From assembly GCA_964480865.1 (NCBI GenBank), contig CAYZRP010000008.1, positions 9,080 through 73,079 of the forward strand: a DNA stretch of 64,000 bases, read 5' to 3'. Both the position numbers and the translations under genes were made by a program. A model generated the notes under the pieces. The model was not told where the DNA came from. It was given only the letters and a program-made list of their open reading frames with translations, and did not search any database. How positions within the stretch are numbered: position 1 is the stretch's first letter; the number at the start of each line of letters is the position of its first letter. This document shows positions 40,809-57,602 of this stretch, piece by piece. The DNA is from an uncultured Anaerolineales bacterium. Its GTDB lineage: Bacteria; Chloroflexota; Anaerolineae; Anaerolineales; UBA6663.

Positions 40809-43445
40809 ATGCGTCGACTGTGGGCACCTCTGCTGGGCGCCGGGCTTGTGGTCGCGATCCTGGCCCCGCTCCTGGGCACCAACCTGATCCTCGCCCGCGG
40901 AGACATGTTCCTGTACTTCTATCCGTACTGGGACGCCCGGGCCGAGGCACTGCGCGCGCTCCGCCTGCCTTTGTGGACACCCGATGTGTTCATGGGCGTG
41001 CCCTTCCTGGCGAACCCTCAGACCGGCGTCCTCTACCCACTCAACTGGCTCGTCGCGCCGTTCAGCGCTCCCGTGGCGGTGAAGATCAGCCTGGGCCTGC
41101 ACGCTCTGCTCGGGTGGCTGGGCATGGCCGGCCTCGCCCGTCGCAGCCTGTCGCTGAGCCGGCCCGCGGCCGTGCTGTCTGCCACGACCTTCGCCCTCGG
41201 CGGGTATCTGCTGGCCCAGGCCGAACACGTCAACCAGTTCCAGGCTCTGGCCTGGTTCCCGTGGCTGTTATGGGCGCTGACCTCGCGCTCGTTGTCAACC
41301 ACCCGACGCCTCTTGCTGACGGGCCTTGTCGTGGCGCTGCAGATTCTGGCCGGTCACACGCAGAGCGTGGTCATCTCGGGACTAGGGGCTGCGCTGTGGG
41401 TCGTGACCGAGCGCGTGGCCGGCACCTCCGGGCGTTGGACGACCCGCCTGGTCGCCGCAGGCCGCGCCCTCCTGCCGTTGATCGGTGCTGCCCTCCTCGC
41501 CGCCCTGCTCGCGGCCGCTCAGTTGGTTCCCACCGCTGAGTTGCAACAACTCTCACTGCGCAGCGGCGGCCTTGAGTGGCGCGACGCCGTGTCGTTCTCG
41601 TTGGATCCGCGCCTGCTCAGCCTCGCACTGCTGCCCGGCTACTCGCGTAGCCTGTTCACGGAGTTCGTGGCCTCGCCCGGATTGATCGCTCTGGGACTCG
41701 CCGTGATCGGGTCTGCTGCCGCCGACCGACGCCGCTGGCCGATCCTGGCCGTCACGCTGGTCGGTCTCGGTTTCGCGTTCGGCGCATACGATCCGGTCTA
41801 CGCCGGGCTGGCCTTCTTCCCGCCCTTCAATCTCTTTCGCGTCCCCGCCCGCTGGCTGTTCCTCTTCGCCGCCGGTGTGGCGCTCCTGGCGGGCCTGGGC
41901 CTGGATGCGTTGAAGGTCAGTTCACGACGCGCCCGATGGGCGGCCGCTGGGGCCGCGGTGGTCATCCTCGCCGGAGTCGCTCTGTCGATCGGCCGGACCC
42001 CGGCCGGTGAGACCGGCCCGATCGGCGCGCCCGCCTGGCTCGACCTCGTCGGCTGGGGTGTGGCCCTGGCCGTGCTGCTTGCCCTGCTCTGGCAAAACAC
42101 CAGCTCGCTCGGATCCTGGCTGGCGTTGTCCGCGGTTGTGCTCGAGATCGGCCTCGGCGCTCGCGCGTTGCCGATCCTCGCCAATCTGACGGCGCCCGAA
42201 GCCTACGCGAGCCTGCGCCCCGCTCTGCTTCAACTGCTGGTTGACCCTGCCCGTTCGACAACCGATGGACCGCCGCCCGGCCGGGTCGTGTCGATGTCGG
42301 CTCTGCAGTTCGACCCCGGCGATCTGGGTGAACTGCGCACCCTCTACGGGCCACAGCTTTCGCCGGCGGGCCTCGAGACCCTGATCGTCGCGACCAAGCA
42401 CAAGGAAGTGCTCTCGCCCAATCTCGCGCTGACCTGGCACGTGCCCAGCGTCGATGGCTTCGACGGCGGCATCTTGCCGACGCGCGCGTACGCCGAGTTC
42501 ACGTCGCTCTTCACCGGCGAGCTCTCGAGCGATGGACGCCTACGCGAGCACGTGACCGCGGCGCCCGATCCGCGCTGGCTGGCGCTCGTCAACGCCCGCT
42601 GGTTGATCGCCGACAAGACCGGCGACGTCTGGCTCGATGGCGTGTACTACGACACGCTGCTCGCCCGACCCCTCGCGCCCGATGAGCGCGTCAACCTCAC
42701 GATTGATCCCGCGTTTCCGGCGGATCGACTTGGCGTGCTTTCGGTCGACGGAGGACGGTTGACGATCACCCGGGGCGAGTCGCGCGCCAACCTCACTTTC
42801 GAGGCCGGCCATAGCCTGCTCGATCTGCCTTTCGCGCCCGAAGCCATCGAGCTCTCCGGGCCTACGACCTTTGAGGCGCTGACCGTCATCGCCACACGTT
42901 CAGGCGCTTTCCAGTCGGTGCCGTTGCGCGCCTACCGGCTGGCGCACAGCGGCGATGTCAAGATCTATGAAGTGCTCGACCGACTGCCACGTGCGTTCGT
43001 GGCCAGGGACGTCGCTCAAGTGGAGACCACAACCGACATCCTCAACCGCATGCGCGACCCGGCCTACTCGCCGACAGACCTGGCCTTCTTGCAGCCTGGT
43101 CTACGCGCACTTCCACAGGCGACGACGGCGCCGTCGTCGGTGCAGTTCAGCGAATATTCGGCGGAGCGGATCGTCTTGAAGGCGATGGGGCCCGGGTTGT
43201 TGGTACTGACCGATGCGGCCTATCCGGGCTGGAAGGCAACGGTCGATGGAGACGAGACGCCGATCGTCACGACCGACGTCGTCTTTCGCGGAGTCGTGCT
43301 CGGGCCGGGTGAGCACGTCGTGGTCTTCACCTTCGCGCCGTCGTCTGTGACGATCGGGCTGACGGTCTCGCTGGCCGCTGTTGCGCTCTGGCTGGTGGTG
43401 GCTGCCGTCGATGGGCGCCGCTCAGTGCCCCGACGTGGCCATTAG
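40809..43445 (+). CDS. YfhO-family polytopic membrane protein
   Basis: 878 aa. N-terminus GDMFLYFYPYW...LPLWTPDVFMGVPFLANPQTGVLYPLNWL and many TM helices are typical of YfhO. Confidence 0.75.
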   Translation: MRRLWAPLLGAGLVVAILAPLLGTNLILARGDMFLYFYPYWDARAEALRALRLPLWTPDVFMGVPFLANPQTGVLYPLNWLVAPFSAPVAVKISLGLHALLGWLGMAGLARRSLSLSRPAAVLSATTFALGGYLLAQAEHVNQFQALAWFPWLLWALTSRSLSTTRRLLLTGLVVALQILAGHTQSVVISGLGAALWVVTERVAGTSGRWTTRLVAAGRALLPLIGAALLAALLAAAQLVPTAELQQLSLRSGGLEWRDAVSFSLDPRLLSLALLPGYSRSLFTEFVASPGLIALGLAVIGSAAADRRRWPILAVTLVGLGFAFGAYDPVYAGLAFFPPFNLFRVPARWLFLFAAGVALLAGLGLDALKVSSRRARWAAAGAAVVILAGVALSIGRTPAGETGPIGAPAWLDLVGWGVALAVLLALLWQNTSSLGSWLALSAVVLEIGLGARALPILANLTAPEAYASLRPALLQLLVDPARSTTDGPPPGRVVSMSALQFDPGDLGELRTLYGPQLSPAGLETLIVATKHKEVLSPNLALTWHVPSVDGFDGGILPTRAYAEFTSLFTGELSSDGRLREHVTAAPDPRWLALVNARWLIADKTGDVWLDGVYYDTLLARPLAPDERVNLTIDPAFPADRLGVLSVDGGRLTITRGESRANLTFEAGHSLLDLPFAPEAIELSGPTTFEALTVIATRSGAFQSVPLRAYRLAHSGDVKIYEVLDRLPRAFVARDVAQVETTTDILNRMRDPAYSPTDLAFLQPGLRALPQATTAPSSVQFSEYSAERIVLKAMGPGLLVLTDAAYPGWKATVDGDETPIVTTDVVFRGVVLGPGEHVVVFTFAPSSVTIGLTVSLAAVALWLVVAAVDGRRSVPRRGH

Positions 43446-43446
43446 T

Positions 43447-45177
43447 CTACTCAGCAACTCGAAGATCGCGAAGCTTCAACTCCAGGCGCCGCTCGCCGTT
43501 CCATTCACCCATCTCGAACGTGTAGGCGAGATCGACAGCCTGCCCGACCTGCAGACGCTGCGCCCAGGAACCAAATCCGAAACCAATCGCCTCGAGCGTC
43601 AGGCCGTTGTCCTGCAGAGTCAGGCGCAGGTGCGAGCCGTCGCTGCCCATCGTGCGCATCGCGCGGACTCGCGCCCGGCGCGTGGCCAGAACCGGTGTGG
43701 GGTTACCGAAGCCGCACGGTTCGAACCGCATGAGCTCCTGTGCTAACGCCGGCGTGAGATCCGAGAAACGGACCTCGGCATCGATGTTCACAGTGGGTCG
43801 CAGATCAAGCCCATCGAGTTCGCGCGCCGCTATGGCACGCAGGCGAGCCTCGAGTTCCGCGAAGTCCTTGGTCGCCACCGTGAAGCCGGCCGCCGCGGCG
43901 TGTCCGCCGTGTTTGATCAGCAGGTCGGCGCACTGGTCGAGGGCGTTGGTGATGTGGAATTCCTTGATGCTGCGGCACGACGCGCGCACCGTGTCGTCCT
44001 CGATGCGCGCCACGATCGACGGCCGATAGAATTCCTCGGTCAGGCGCGAAGCCGCCAACCCGACGATGCCATGACGGAAGTCCGAATGAGCGGCAAACAG
44101 CAGACGCGCCTCAGGATCGCGAGCCAGGGCCAGTTCGCGCGCGCGGAGATGGGTCTCGCGCGTGAGCGCCTGCCGCTCGCGGTTCTGCACCTCGAGTTGC
44201 TGGGCCAGATACCCGGCGCGGTAGATGTCAGCCGTCGTCATCAACTCATACGCGTCCAGCGCCGACTCGAGCCGGCCGGCTGCATTGAGACGCGGCCCGA
44301 TGACGAAGCCAATCGTGCCAGCATCCACTTTGCCAGGCTTGATGCCGGCGCTCAGGAACAGCGAGCGCAGGCCTTCGCGTCGGATCCGGTCCGGGGGTCG
44401 GTTCATCACCTGCAGGCCCTGGCGCACAAGCACCCGGTTCTCGCCGGCTAGGGGCGCGAGGTCGGCGACCGACCCGAGCGCAACAAGATCCAGCACATCG
44501 GATCCCATGATCGGCGATGAACCGCCTGCCTTCGCCGCAGCGGCCCGCACAAGGCCCTGCGCCAGTTTGTAGGCGATGCCCACGCCGGCCAGCATCTTCT
44601 CGGGGTAGAGGTCGCCTGGCTGCTTGGGATTAATCAACGCGAACGCCCGCGGAAGTTCATCGCCCGGCATGTGATGGTCGGTGATGATCAGGTCGATGCC
44701 GAGCTCGCGCGCCGTTTCGGCTTCGGCCACGGAGCGGATGCCGCAGTCGACCGTCAGCACGACCTTGGCGCCTTGTCCGGCCAGCGTGCGCAGCGCTTCG
44801 TGGTTGAGGCCGTAGCCTTCTTCTTCACGATGCGGAATGTACGGACGCACATCCGCGCCCAGCGCGGAGAGCACCTGCACCATCAGGGCCGTGGCCGTGA
44901 CACCGTCGACGTCGTAGTCGCCGTAGACCACGACGGTCTCGCGCTGCGCGATCGCGCGGTCCAGTCGCTCCATCGACTCGGGCAGGCCCGTGAGCGACAG
45001 CGGATCTGTGCTGGCATTGGCTTCGCCGGCGAGAAAAGCCTCAGCGGCGACACGCGTCGTCAGGCCACGTTGCGCCAGCACACGGGCGATGATGGGGGCG
45101 AACTCACTGAGCGCCGCACTCACCGCCGGATCGGGCTCCGGCGCCATATTCCATTTCTTGCTGAGAGGTCCAGGCAT
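43447..45177 (-). CDS. recJ: Single-stranded-DNA-specific exonuclease RecJ
   Basis: DHH motifs (VVYGDYDVDGVT, LTVDCG, IITDHH) and DHHA1 (GGHAAAAGF). Confidence 0.92.
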   Translation of the reverse strand: MPGPLSKKWNMAPEPDPAVSAALSEFAPIIARVLAQRGLTTRVAAEAFLAGEANASTDPLSLTGLPESMERLDRAIAQRETVVVYGDYDVDGVTATALMVQVLSALGADVRPYIPHREEEGYGLNHEALRTLAGQGAKVVLTVDCGIRSVAEAETARELGIDLIITDHHMPGDELPRAFALINPKQPGDLYPEKMLAGVGIAYKLAQGLVRAAAAKAGGSSPIMGSDVLDLVALGSVADLAPLAGENRVLVRQGLQVMNRPPDRIRREGLRSLFLSAGIKPGKVDAGTIGFVIGPRLNAAGRLESALDAYELMTTADIYRAGYLAQQLEVQNRERQALTRETHLRARELALARDPEARLLFAAHSDFRHGIVGLAASRLTEEFYRPSIVARIEDDTVRASCRSIKEFHITNALDQCADLLIKHGGHAAAAGFTVATKDFAELEARLRAIAARELDGLDLRPTVNIDAEVRFSDLTPALAQELMRFEPCGFGNPTPVLATRRARVRAMRTMGSDGSHLRLTLQDNGLTLEAIGFGFGSWAQRLQVGQAVDLAYTFEMGEWNGERRLELKLRDLRVAE

Positions 45178-45255
45178 TGGGCTAGTGTACCGACAGGGCG
45201 CACAAAAGAAAAGCTCGAAGAGTCCTCGTCGATCCGCGCGAGCCAGAAACGAAAA

Positions 45256-45277
45256 CAGCCCGCCTTGCGGCGGGCTG
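45256..45277 (-). terminator. Intrinsic terminator after the DUF4870 gene
   Basis: CAGCCCGCC-ttgc-GGCGGGCTG, followed on the minus strand by TTTTCGTTTCTGG. Confidence 0.75.
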
Positions 45278-45297
45278 TCAGTGAGCGAGACCGAGGC

Positions 45298-45639
45298 TCA
45301 GGCCCAGCCCTGGTTCTTCACGAAGTCGGTGATCACCGGGATCGTGACGGCCTTGCCCTGATAGGCCTGGACGCCGAGATAGATCATGTAGAACCAGACC
45401 ACCACCGGCACGCAGGCGCCGATGAGCGTGAAGCTCAAGACGGTGCCGACCACGGCGTTCACCGCGCCCAACACCAGGGCCTGCATATTGTGGGACTTGA
45501 TAAAGGGCCGGTTCTTCTTATCCTCCATCACGAGGATGATGATCGGGACGAGCGGGCTGAGGACGTAGGCCAACAACGACCAAAGCTTGTCGTCGCTGCT
45601 GGGCTCAGCCGACGGATCCATCGAAGGCATACTGGTCAT
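45298..45639 (-). CDS. DUF4870-like small membrane protein
   Basis: 113 aa starting at MTSMPSMDP, preceded by an AAGGAG RBS. KLWSLLAYVLSPLVPIIIL...KNRPFIKSHNMQAL fits the family. The remainder of listed ORF 45298..46206 looks spurious. Confidence 0.7.
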   Translation of the reverse strand: MTSMPSMDPSAEPSSDDKLWSLLAYVLSPLVPIIILVMEDKKNRPFIKSHNMQALVLGAVNAVVGTVLSFTLIGACVPVVVWFYMIYLGVQAYQGKAVTIPVITDFVKNQGWA

Positions 45640-45864
45640 GTGAAAGGCTCCTTTACAGAAATGAGGACAATGGGGGAATTTTACGGCATTCGCTGTGAAG
45701 CGCAAGTTAAATAGGCCCAAAAATTCCCCACAAAATGGCCTATATTGGCTTCGCCGGTCCTCATGCTGTGTCTGGTGGATTCTACCGCCCTCGGCCCAGG
45801 ATCCGCCCTGTCGACGGCCCCGGCGACCTGATCGTCTTCCAGAGCATCTTCTATAATGGCCCCC

Positions 45865-46785
45865 ATGACGTCCATCGTGTTCATGGGCACCCCCGACTTC
45901 GCCGTGCCCAGCCTGCGCGCATTGGCCGATCGATACGCCGTGATCGGTGTGGTGACTCAGCCCGACCGGCCCGCCGGTCGCGGGCGCCAGCTGGTCGCAC
46001 CCCCCGTCAAAATGGCGGCGATCGAGCTGGGCATTCCGGTCATCCAACCCGCCCGCCTGCGCGAACCAGAGGCCATGCAGCAGCTCCAGGCCTGGGCTCC
46101 GGACCTGATCGTCGTCGCAGCCTTTGGTCAGCTCCTCAAGCCCGCAGTGCTCGACCTCCCGCGCTTTGGCTGCATCAACATCCACGCGTCGCTGTTGCCG
46201 CGCCATCGGGGCGCAGCCCCGATCTCGGCCGCAATCCTGGCCGGCGATGAGGAGACGGGCGTCACGATCATGCGCATGGATATCGGGCTTGACACCGGCC
46301 CGATGCTCAGCACCCGGGCCATCCCGATCGCGCCGACCGACACGACGGCTTCACTTGCCACACGCCTGAGCGAGGTCGGCGCTGAACTGCTGCTCGATAC
46401 CCTGCCCGGCTATCTCGCCGGCGAGATCGTGGCGCGCCCTCAACCGGCAGAAGGCGCGACGTACGCGCCGCAGTTGAAGAAGGAAGACGGCCACCTGGAC
46501 TTCTCGGAGAACGCCGAAGAGCTCGCTCGACGCGTTCGCGCCTTTTCGCCGTGGCCCGGTGCCTTCTGTTTCTGGCAGGGGCAACCCCTGAAAGTGCTCG
46601 AGGCCCGACCGATCAGTGGCCGCGGTGTCCCCGGCGCTGTGAGCGGCGGCCTCGATGGTCCGGCGTTGACCTGCGCAGACGGTCAGCTTCTCCTCCTCAC
46701 GGTTCAGCCGGCTGGCAAACGCCCGATGTCGGCGATCGACTTCGCGCGCGGGTCGCGTCATTTCGTAGGCAGTCAGGTGACATGA
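45865..46785 (+). CDS. fmt: Methionyl-tRNA formyltransferase
   Basis: IVFMGTPDFAVPSL, NIHASLLPRHRGAAPI. I prefer the start at ATG 45865; the ATG at 45856 lies inside a TATAAT box. Confidence 0.9.
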   Translation: MTSIVFMGTPDFAVPSLRALADRYAVIGVVTQPDRPAGRGRQLVAPPVKMAAIELGIPVIQPARLREPEAMQQLQAWAPDLIVVAAFGQLLKPAVLDLPRFGCINIHASLLPRHRGAAPISAAILAGDEETGVTIMRMDIGLDTGPMLSTRAIPIAPTDTTASLATRLSEVGAELLLDTLPGYLAGEIVARPQPAEGATYAPQLKKEDGHLDFSENAEELARRVRAFSPWPGAFCFWQGQPLKVLEARPISGRGVPGAVSGGLDGPALTCADGQLLLLTVQPAGKRPMSAIDFARGSRHFVGSQVT

Positions 46786-47807
46786 AAGCCCTCATCGTCG
46801 GCGGCGGCGCGATCGGCACGTTGGCCGCGACGGCACTGGCCACCGGCGGCCACGAGGTGCTGGCGCTCGCCCGCCCCGCGACGGCGTCGGCGCTTTCACA
46901 ATCCGGCTACCGCCTCAACGGTCCACAGGGTGAGCAACTGGCCAGGCCGACGCTTGTCACGAGCGATTGGTCGACCGCGCTGCGGGCCGGCCCCGACGTC
47001 GTTGTGGTCGCTGTCAAGTCTTACGACACCGCCGGCCTGCTGAACGAAATGCGCCCGGCGCTCAACGTGGCACCGCCCACCGTTCTCTGTCTTCAGAACG
47101 GGGTCGACAATGAAGCCGCGTTGGCCAAGGTCCTCGGTGTGGATCGAGTCGTGGCCGGCACGGTCACAACAGCCGTCGGATCGCGCGGACCGGGCGATGC
47201 GATCATCGAGCGCGCTCGAGGGGTCGGCCTCGCAGAAGGTCATTCGCTCAGTGCTGCCCTGGCGGAAGCCTTCACAGCAGCCGGCCATGCGGTCAGGCTC
47301 TATCCCAACGCGTTGTCGATGAAGTGGTCGAAGCTGCTGACCAACCTGATCGGCAACGCGACCGCTGCGTTGCTCGATTGGCCCGTTGCGCGGATTTACG
47401 GACATCCTGGCGTTTATCGCATCGAGCGACGAATGCTGCGCGAGGCCCTGGCCGTCATGCGCGCCAGCGCGTTGCCGGTCGTCGATCTGCCCGGAGTCTC
47501 GGTTCGACTGATCCCATGGGTCGTGGCCATGCCCGATTGGCTCGGTCGGCCGCTCCTGGGTCGGTCAGCGGGCTCAGGTCGCGGCGGCAAGATGCCGTCT
47601 TTCCACGTTGACCTGTATGCCGGTCGCCCACTGACCGAAGTGGCCTGGTTGAACGGCGCCGTGGTGCGTCACGCCGCGCGGGCCAAACTCCATGCGCCCG
47701 TGAACGCCGCGCTCACCGAGGCCTTAAACGCCGCGTCGGCCGGTCAACCCTCTGCGCTGGCGCTTCGTGGAAATCCTGAGGCGTTGGTATCGCGTCTGGC
47801 GATCTGA
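46782..47807 (+). CDS. 2-dehydropantoate 2-reductase-family (ApbA/PanE) oxidoreductase
   Basis: Start MKALIVGGGAIGTLAA, in an ATGA overlap with the fmt stop. VAVKSYD motif. Confidence 0.7.
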   Translation: MKALIVGGGAIGTLAATALATGGHEVLALARPATASALSQSGYRLNGPQGEQLARPTLVTSDWSTALRAGPDVVVVAVKSYDTAGLLNEMRPALNVAPPTVLCLQNGVDNEAALAKVLGVDRVVAGTVTTAVGSRGPGDAIIERARGVGLAEGHSLSAALAEAFTAAGHAVRLYPNALSMKWSKLLTNLIGNATAALLDWPVARIYGHPGVYRIERRMLREALAVMRASALPVVDLPGVSVRLIPWVVAMPDWLGRPLLGRSAGSGRGGKMPSFHVDLYAGRPLTEVAWLNGAVVRHAARAKLHAPVNAALTEALNAASAGQPSALALRGNPEALVSRLAI

Positions 47808-47816
47808 GCGAAGCGA

Positions 47817-48731
47817 TCACCGTTTCACAACGCTGAGTCGCTTCTCAATCCAATCAGCCAGGTCGGCTTCATCGACGATCGACCACGCGTGTGGCATGCG
47901 CATGCCGCCGAGATCCGGCCGGAACCCCTTTCCGTTTGTCACGATCAACTCGGCGTTGGCGTTGCCCATCGCGCGCAACTCCGTCGCCGCATAGACGACG
48001 TCGAGCGCATTCAGGCAGTACAGGTCCGCACCGTAAGCCTGCCAGAAATCCACATCGGGCTCCGTATACAATCGCACCGGTACGTCTTTCAGATGGCGCA
48101 GGTTACCGCCTTGCGGCTCATCGGCTGATACGGCTGAGGCGTTGGCGTAAGCTGCCGGGACCTCGTCAGGCGTTCCACCGAACAGGTCTCGCAGCATCCC
48201 GCAGAGGAACGTGGCCTCTCCCAGGAGCATCGAATCCACCTGGCGGCTGACGATCGAAGCCATGCCGCGATACCACCGCCGCACATCGAGCGGTGGGTCG
48301 ACGGCGAAGAGCGCGCGTGGCCTGATCAAGCCCGCGACGCGGCCCTCAACGGCAGCCTCCCCGTACCGCAGGGCGCCGACGCCGCCGGCGGAGAATCCAC
48401 CCAGGACGAGCCTGTCGGCCGGACTGCCGACCCGTCGAATCGCATCCTGAAGCATCGCGTCAAGCGCTCCGAGATCAACGTCGGTGAGAAAGCCCGAGCC
48501 GCCGGCAACTGCGAGACCGACGATGACGGCGATCCCGCGCGCGGTCAGGCGCTCAGGCAGCAACGATGTCTCCCATTCGTCGATCGTGGCGCCGAAGTGT
48601 GGCAGATACGCGACGAGGCCCAGCGCCCCGCCCTCCGGAAGGTAGGCGCGATAGCGGAAGGTGTGGCTGGTGTTCGGAGGAGCTTCGCAGACCTGGCCGG
48701 GGTGCATGGGCGTCTCCTTGTGCATCAGCAA
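47817..48731 (-). CDS. Alpha/beta hydrolase-fold protein
   Basis: Nucleophile elbow GGFSAGG. No closer assignment is possible. Confidence 0.6.
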   Translation of the reverse strand: MLMHKETPMHPGQVCEAPPNTSHTFRYRAYLPEGGALGLVAYLPHFGATIDEWETSLLPERLTARGIAVIVGLAVAGGSGFLTDVDLGALDAMLQDAIRRVGSPADRLVLGGFSAGGVGALRYGEAAVEGRVAGLIRPRALFAVDPPLDVRRWYRGMASIVSRQVDSMLLGEATFLCGMLRDLFGGTPDEVPAAYANASAVSADEPQGGNLRHLKDVPVRLYTEPDVDFWQAYGADLYCLNALDVVYAATELRAMGNANAELIVTNGKGFRPDLGGMRMPHAWSIVDEADLADWIEKRLSVVKR

Positions 48732-48763
48732 TCGCGGCGTGAGTGCCGCACGATGTTGAAGCG

Positions 48764-50182
48764 TTACTCGCGCTTTGGCAATGGTTGAGGGCGGGTCAGG
48801 ATCTCCGGGCGCAGCACCCGATCGAGGTCGGCTTTCTCCATCAATCCACGTGCCAGCACCAGGTCATAGACGCCGGCTCCCGTCTCATGCGCCTCCATGG
48901 CGATCGCGGTTGCGTTCTCGTAGCCGATGTAAGGGTTGAGGGCGGTCACGATGCCGATCGAGTGCTCGACGCTCGCGCGGAGGTGTTCGCGGTTGGCCGT
49001 GATGCCGACCACGCAGCGGTCCGCCAGAGTCAGGCAGCCGTTGCGCAGATAGATCAGGCTGTTGAACAGGTTGTGGGCGATCACGGGCTCGAAGGCGTTC
49101 AGCTGGAGCTGTCCGGCCTCTGCCGCGAACGTCACGGTGACGTCATTGCCGATCACCTCGAACGCGATCTGGTTGACGACCTCCGGGATCACGGGGTTGA
49201 CCTTGCCGGGCATGATCGACGATCCGGCCTGTACGGCCGGGAGATTGATCTCGCCCAATCCGGCACGCGGCCCGGACGACAGCAGGCGCAGATCGTTGCA
49301 GGTCTTGCTGAGCTTGACGGCCACGCGCTTGAGCACGCCGGACAACTGAACGAAAGCACCGGCGTCTTGCGTGGCCTCGACCAGGTTTCCGGCCGTGATG
49401 AGCGGCACGCCTGTGATCGCGCTGAGATGCGTGCAGACCAGCGCCGCATAGTCCGGCGGCGCGTTGAGCCCGGTGCCGATGGCGGTGGCCCCGAGGTTGA
49501 CTTCCTGAATCAACAGGCCGGCCTCGCGCAGCCGCTCCTCGTCTTCGGCGAGCATCACGGCGTAGGTGCTGAACTCCTGGCCCAACGTCATCGGGACGGC
49601 GTCCTGCAACTGCGTTCGCCCCATCTTGAGCACGTCGGCGAATTCATCGGCCTTTGCCTGAAACGCGCCGCGAAGATAGGCCATGGCCGCACGCAGCCGA
49701 TCGATCTCGAGCCGCAGGGCGATGCGTAACGCCGTCGGATAGACGTCGTTCGTGCTCTGGCTCATATTGACGTGCTCGAGCGGGTGCAGGTGTCGGTACG
49801 CGCCACGCGGGTGCCCGAGCAACTCGAGGCCGCGGTTCGCGATGACCTCGTTGGCGTTCATGTTCGATGAGGTGCCGGCCCCGCCCTGGATGACGTCGAC
49901 GACGAACTGATCGTGAAGCGCCCCGCCCCGAATCTCGACGCAGGCCCTGACGATCGCATCCGCCCGCTCCTCATCGAGCAGGCCCAACTCCTGGTTGGTC
50001 ACGGCGGCCGCCTGCTTGACGCACGCCAGCGCGACGATCAACTCCGGAAGCATGCTGATCGGTTGCCCGGTGATGGGGAAATTCTCGATGGCCCGGAAGG
50101 TATGGATGCCGTAGTAGGCATCGCCTGGCACTTCGCGTTCGCCCAGCAGGTCATGCTCGATACGGGTGTTCGACTTGGTCAT
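48764..50182 (-). CDS. aspA: Aspartate ammonia-lyase
   Basis: Start at MTKSNTRIEHDLLGEREVPGDAYYGIHTFRAIENF. Fumarate-lyase signature GSSIMPGKVNP. The 86-aa N-extension of listed ORF 48764..50440 looks non-coding. Confidence 0.85.
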   Translation of the reverse strand: MTKSNTRIEHDLLGEREVPGDAYYGIHTFRAIENFPITGQPISMLPELIVALACVKQAAAVTNQELGLLDEERADAIVRACVEIRGGALHDQFVVDVIQGGAGTSSNMNANEVIANRGLELLGHPRGAYRHLHPLEHVNMSQSTNDVYPTALRIALRLEIDRLRAAMAYLRGAFQAKADEFADVLKMGRTQLQDAVPMTLGQEFSTYAVMLAEDEERLREAGLLIQEVNLGATAIGTGLNAPPDYAALVCTHLSAITGVPLITAGNLVEATQDAGAFVQLSGVLKRVAVKLSKTCNDLRLLSSGPRAGLGEINLPAVQAGSSIMPGKVNPVIPEVVNQIAFEVIGNDVTVTFAAEAGQLQLNAFEPVIAHNLFNSLIYLRNGCLTLADRCVVGITANREHLRASVEHSIGIVTALNPYIGYENATAIAMEAHETGAGVYDLVLARGLMEKADLDRVLRPEILTRPQPLPKRE

Positions 50183-50515
50183 GGCGCGTCTCCGTCGTGA
50201 TCGTACCATGCCGACCGACGTCGACCCAGATCGCAACCCGTGCTGCCGAACAGACAGGCACGACTGGATACCATTGCTCCATCCAGACGCCGCAAGACGG
50301 GGGCACTGCCAACGCCGGTGGTCAAGTCTCGATCTGAGTGGTACTGTCCGGTTATTGACCCTACCCGACCCGGCCCGCATAATGCCAGTTCGAACCTTGG
50401 TATTATGGTTAGTCGGGTCCGGCCCGCCGACATCTGACACCGACGCTTCCGTGCCAGCAGGTGCGGAGAGGCTGAACGTGGTCGATCGGCCGCCACATTG
50501 GGAACCCAGCCCCTC

Positions 50516-56995
<6,480 letters not shown>

Positions 56996-57026
56996 ACCAC
57001 GCAGTTTTGTCGATCCCAAACGCCGA

Positions 57027-57055
57027 TTGATAAAACGGTCGGCGCCCGTTATAAT
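57027..57055 (+). promoter_or_regulatory. Putative tRNA-Pro promoter (TTGATA-17-TATAAT)
   Basis: -35 at 57027..57032 and -10 at 57050..57055, about 14 nt before the mature tRNA 5' end. Confidence 0.55.
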
Positions 57056-57069
57056 AGCGGAGTCTGTTT

Positions 57070-57518
<449 letters not shown>

Positions 57519-57542
57519 CCAGGGTGATCAAGCAACAAACGA

Positions 57543-57567
57543 ACAGCCGACGCAGTGTCGGCTGTTG
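57543..57567 (-). terminator. Intrinsic terminator after the SGNH hydrolase gene
   Basis: AACAGCCGAC-gcagt-GTCGGCTGTT, followed on the minus strand by CGTTTGTTGCTT. Confidence 0.7.
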
Positions 57568-57602
57568 GGTTCATCGATTGTCTGCCCAACCACGATCCGC
57601 GA

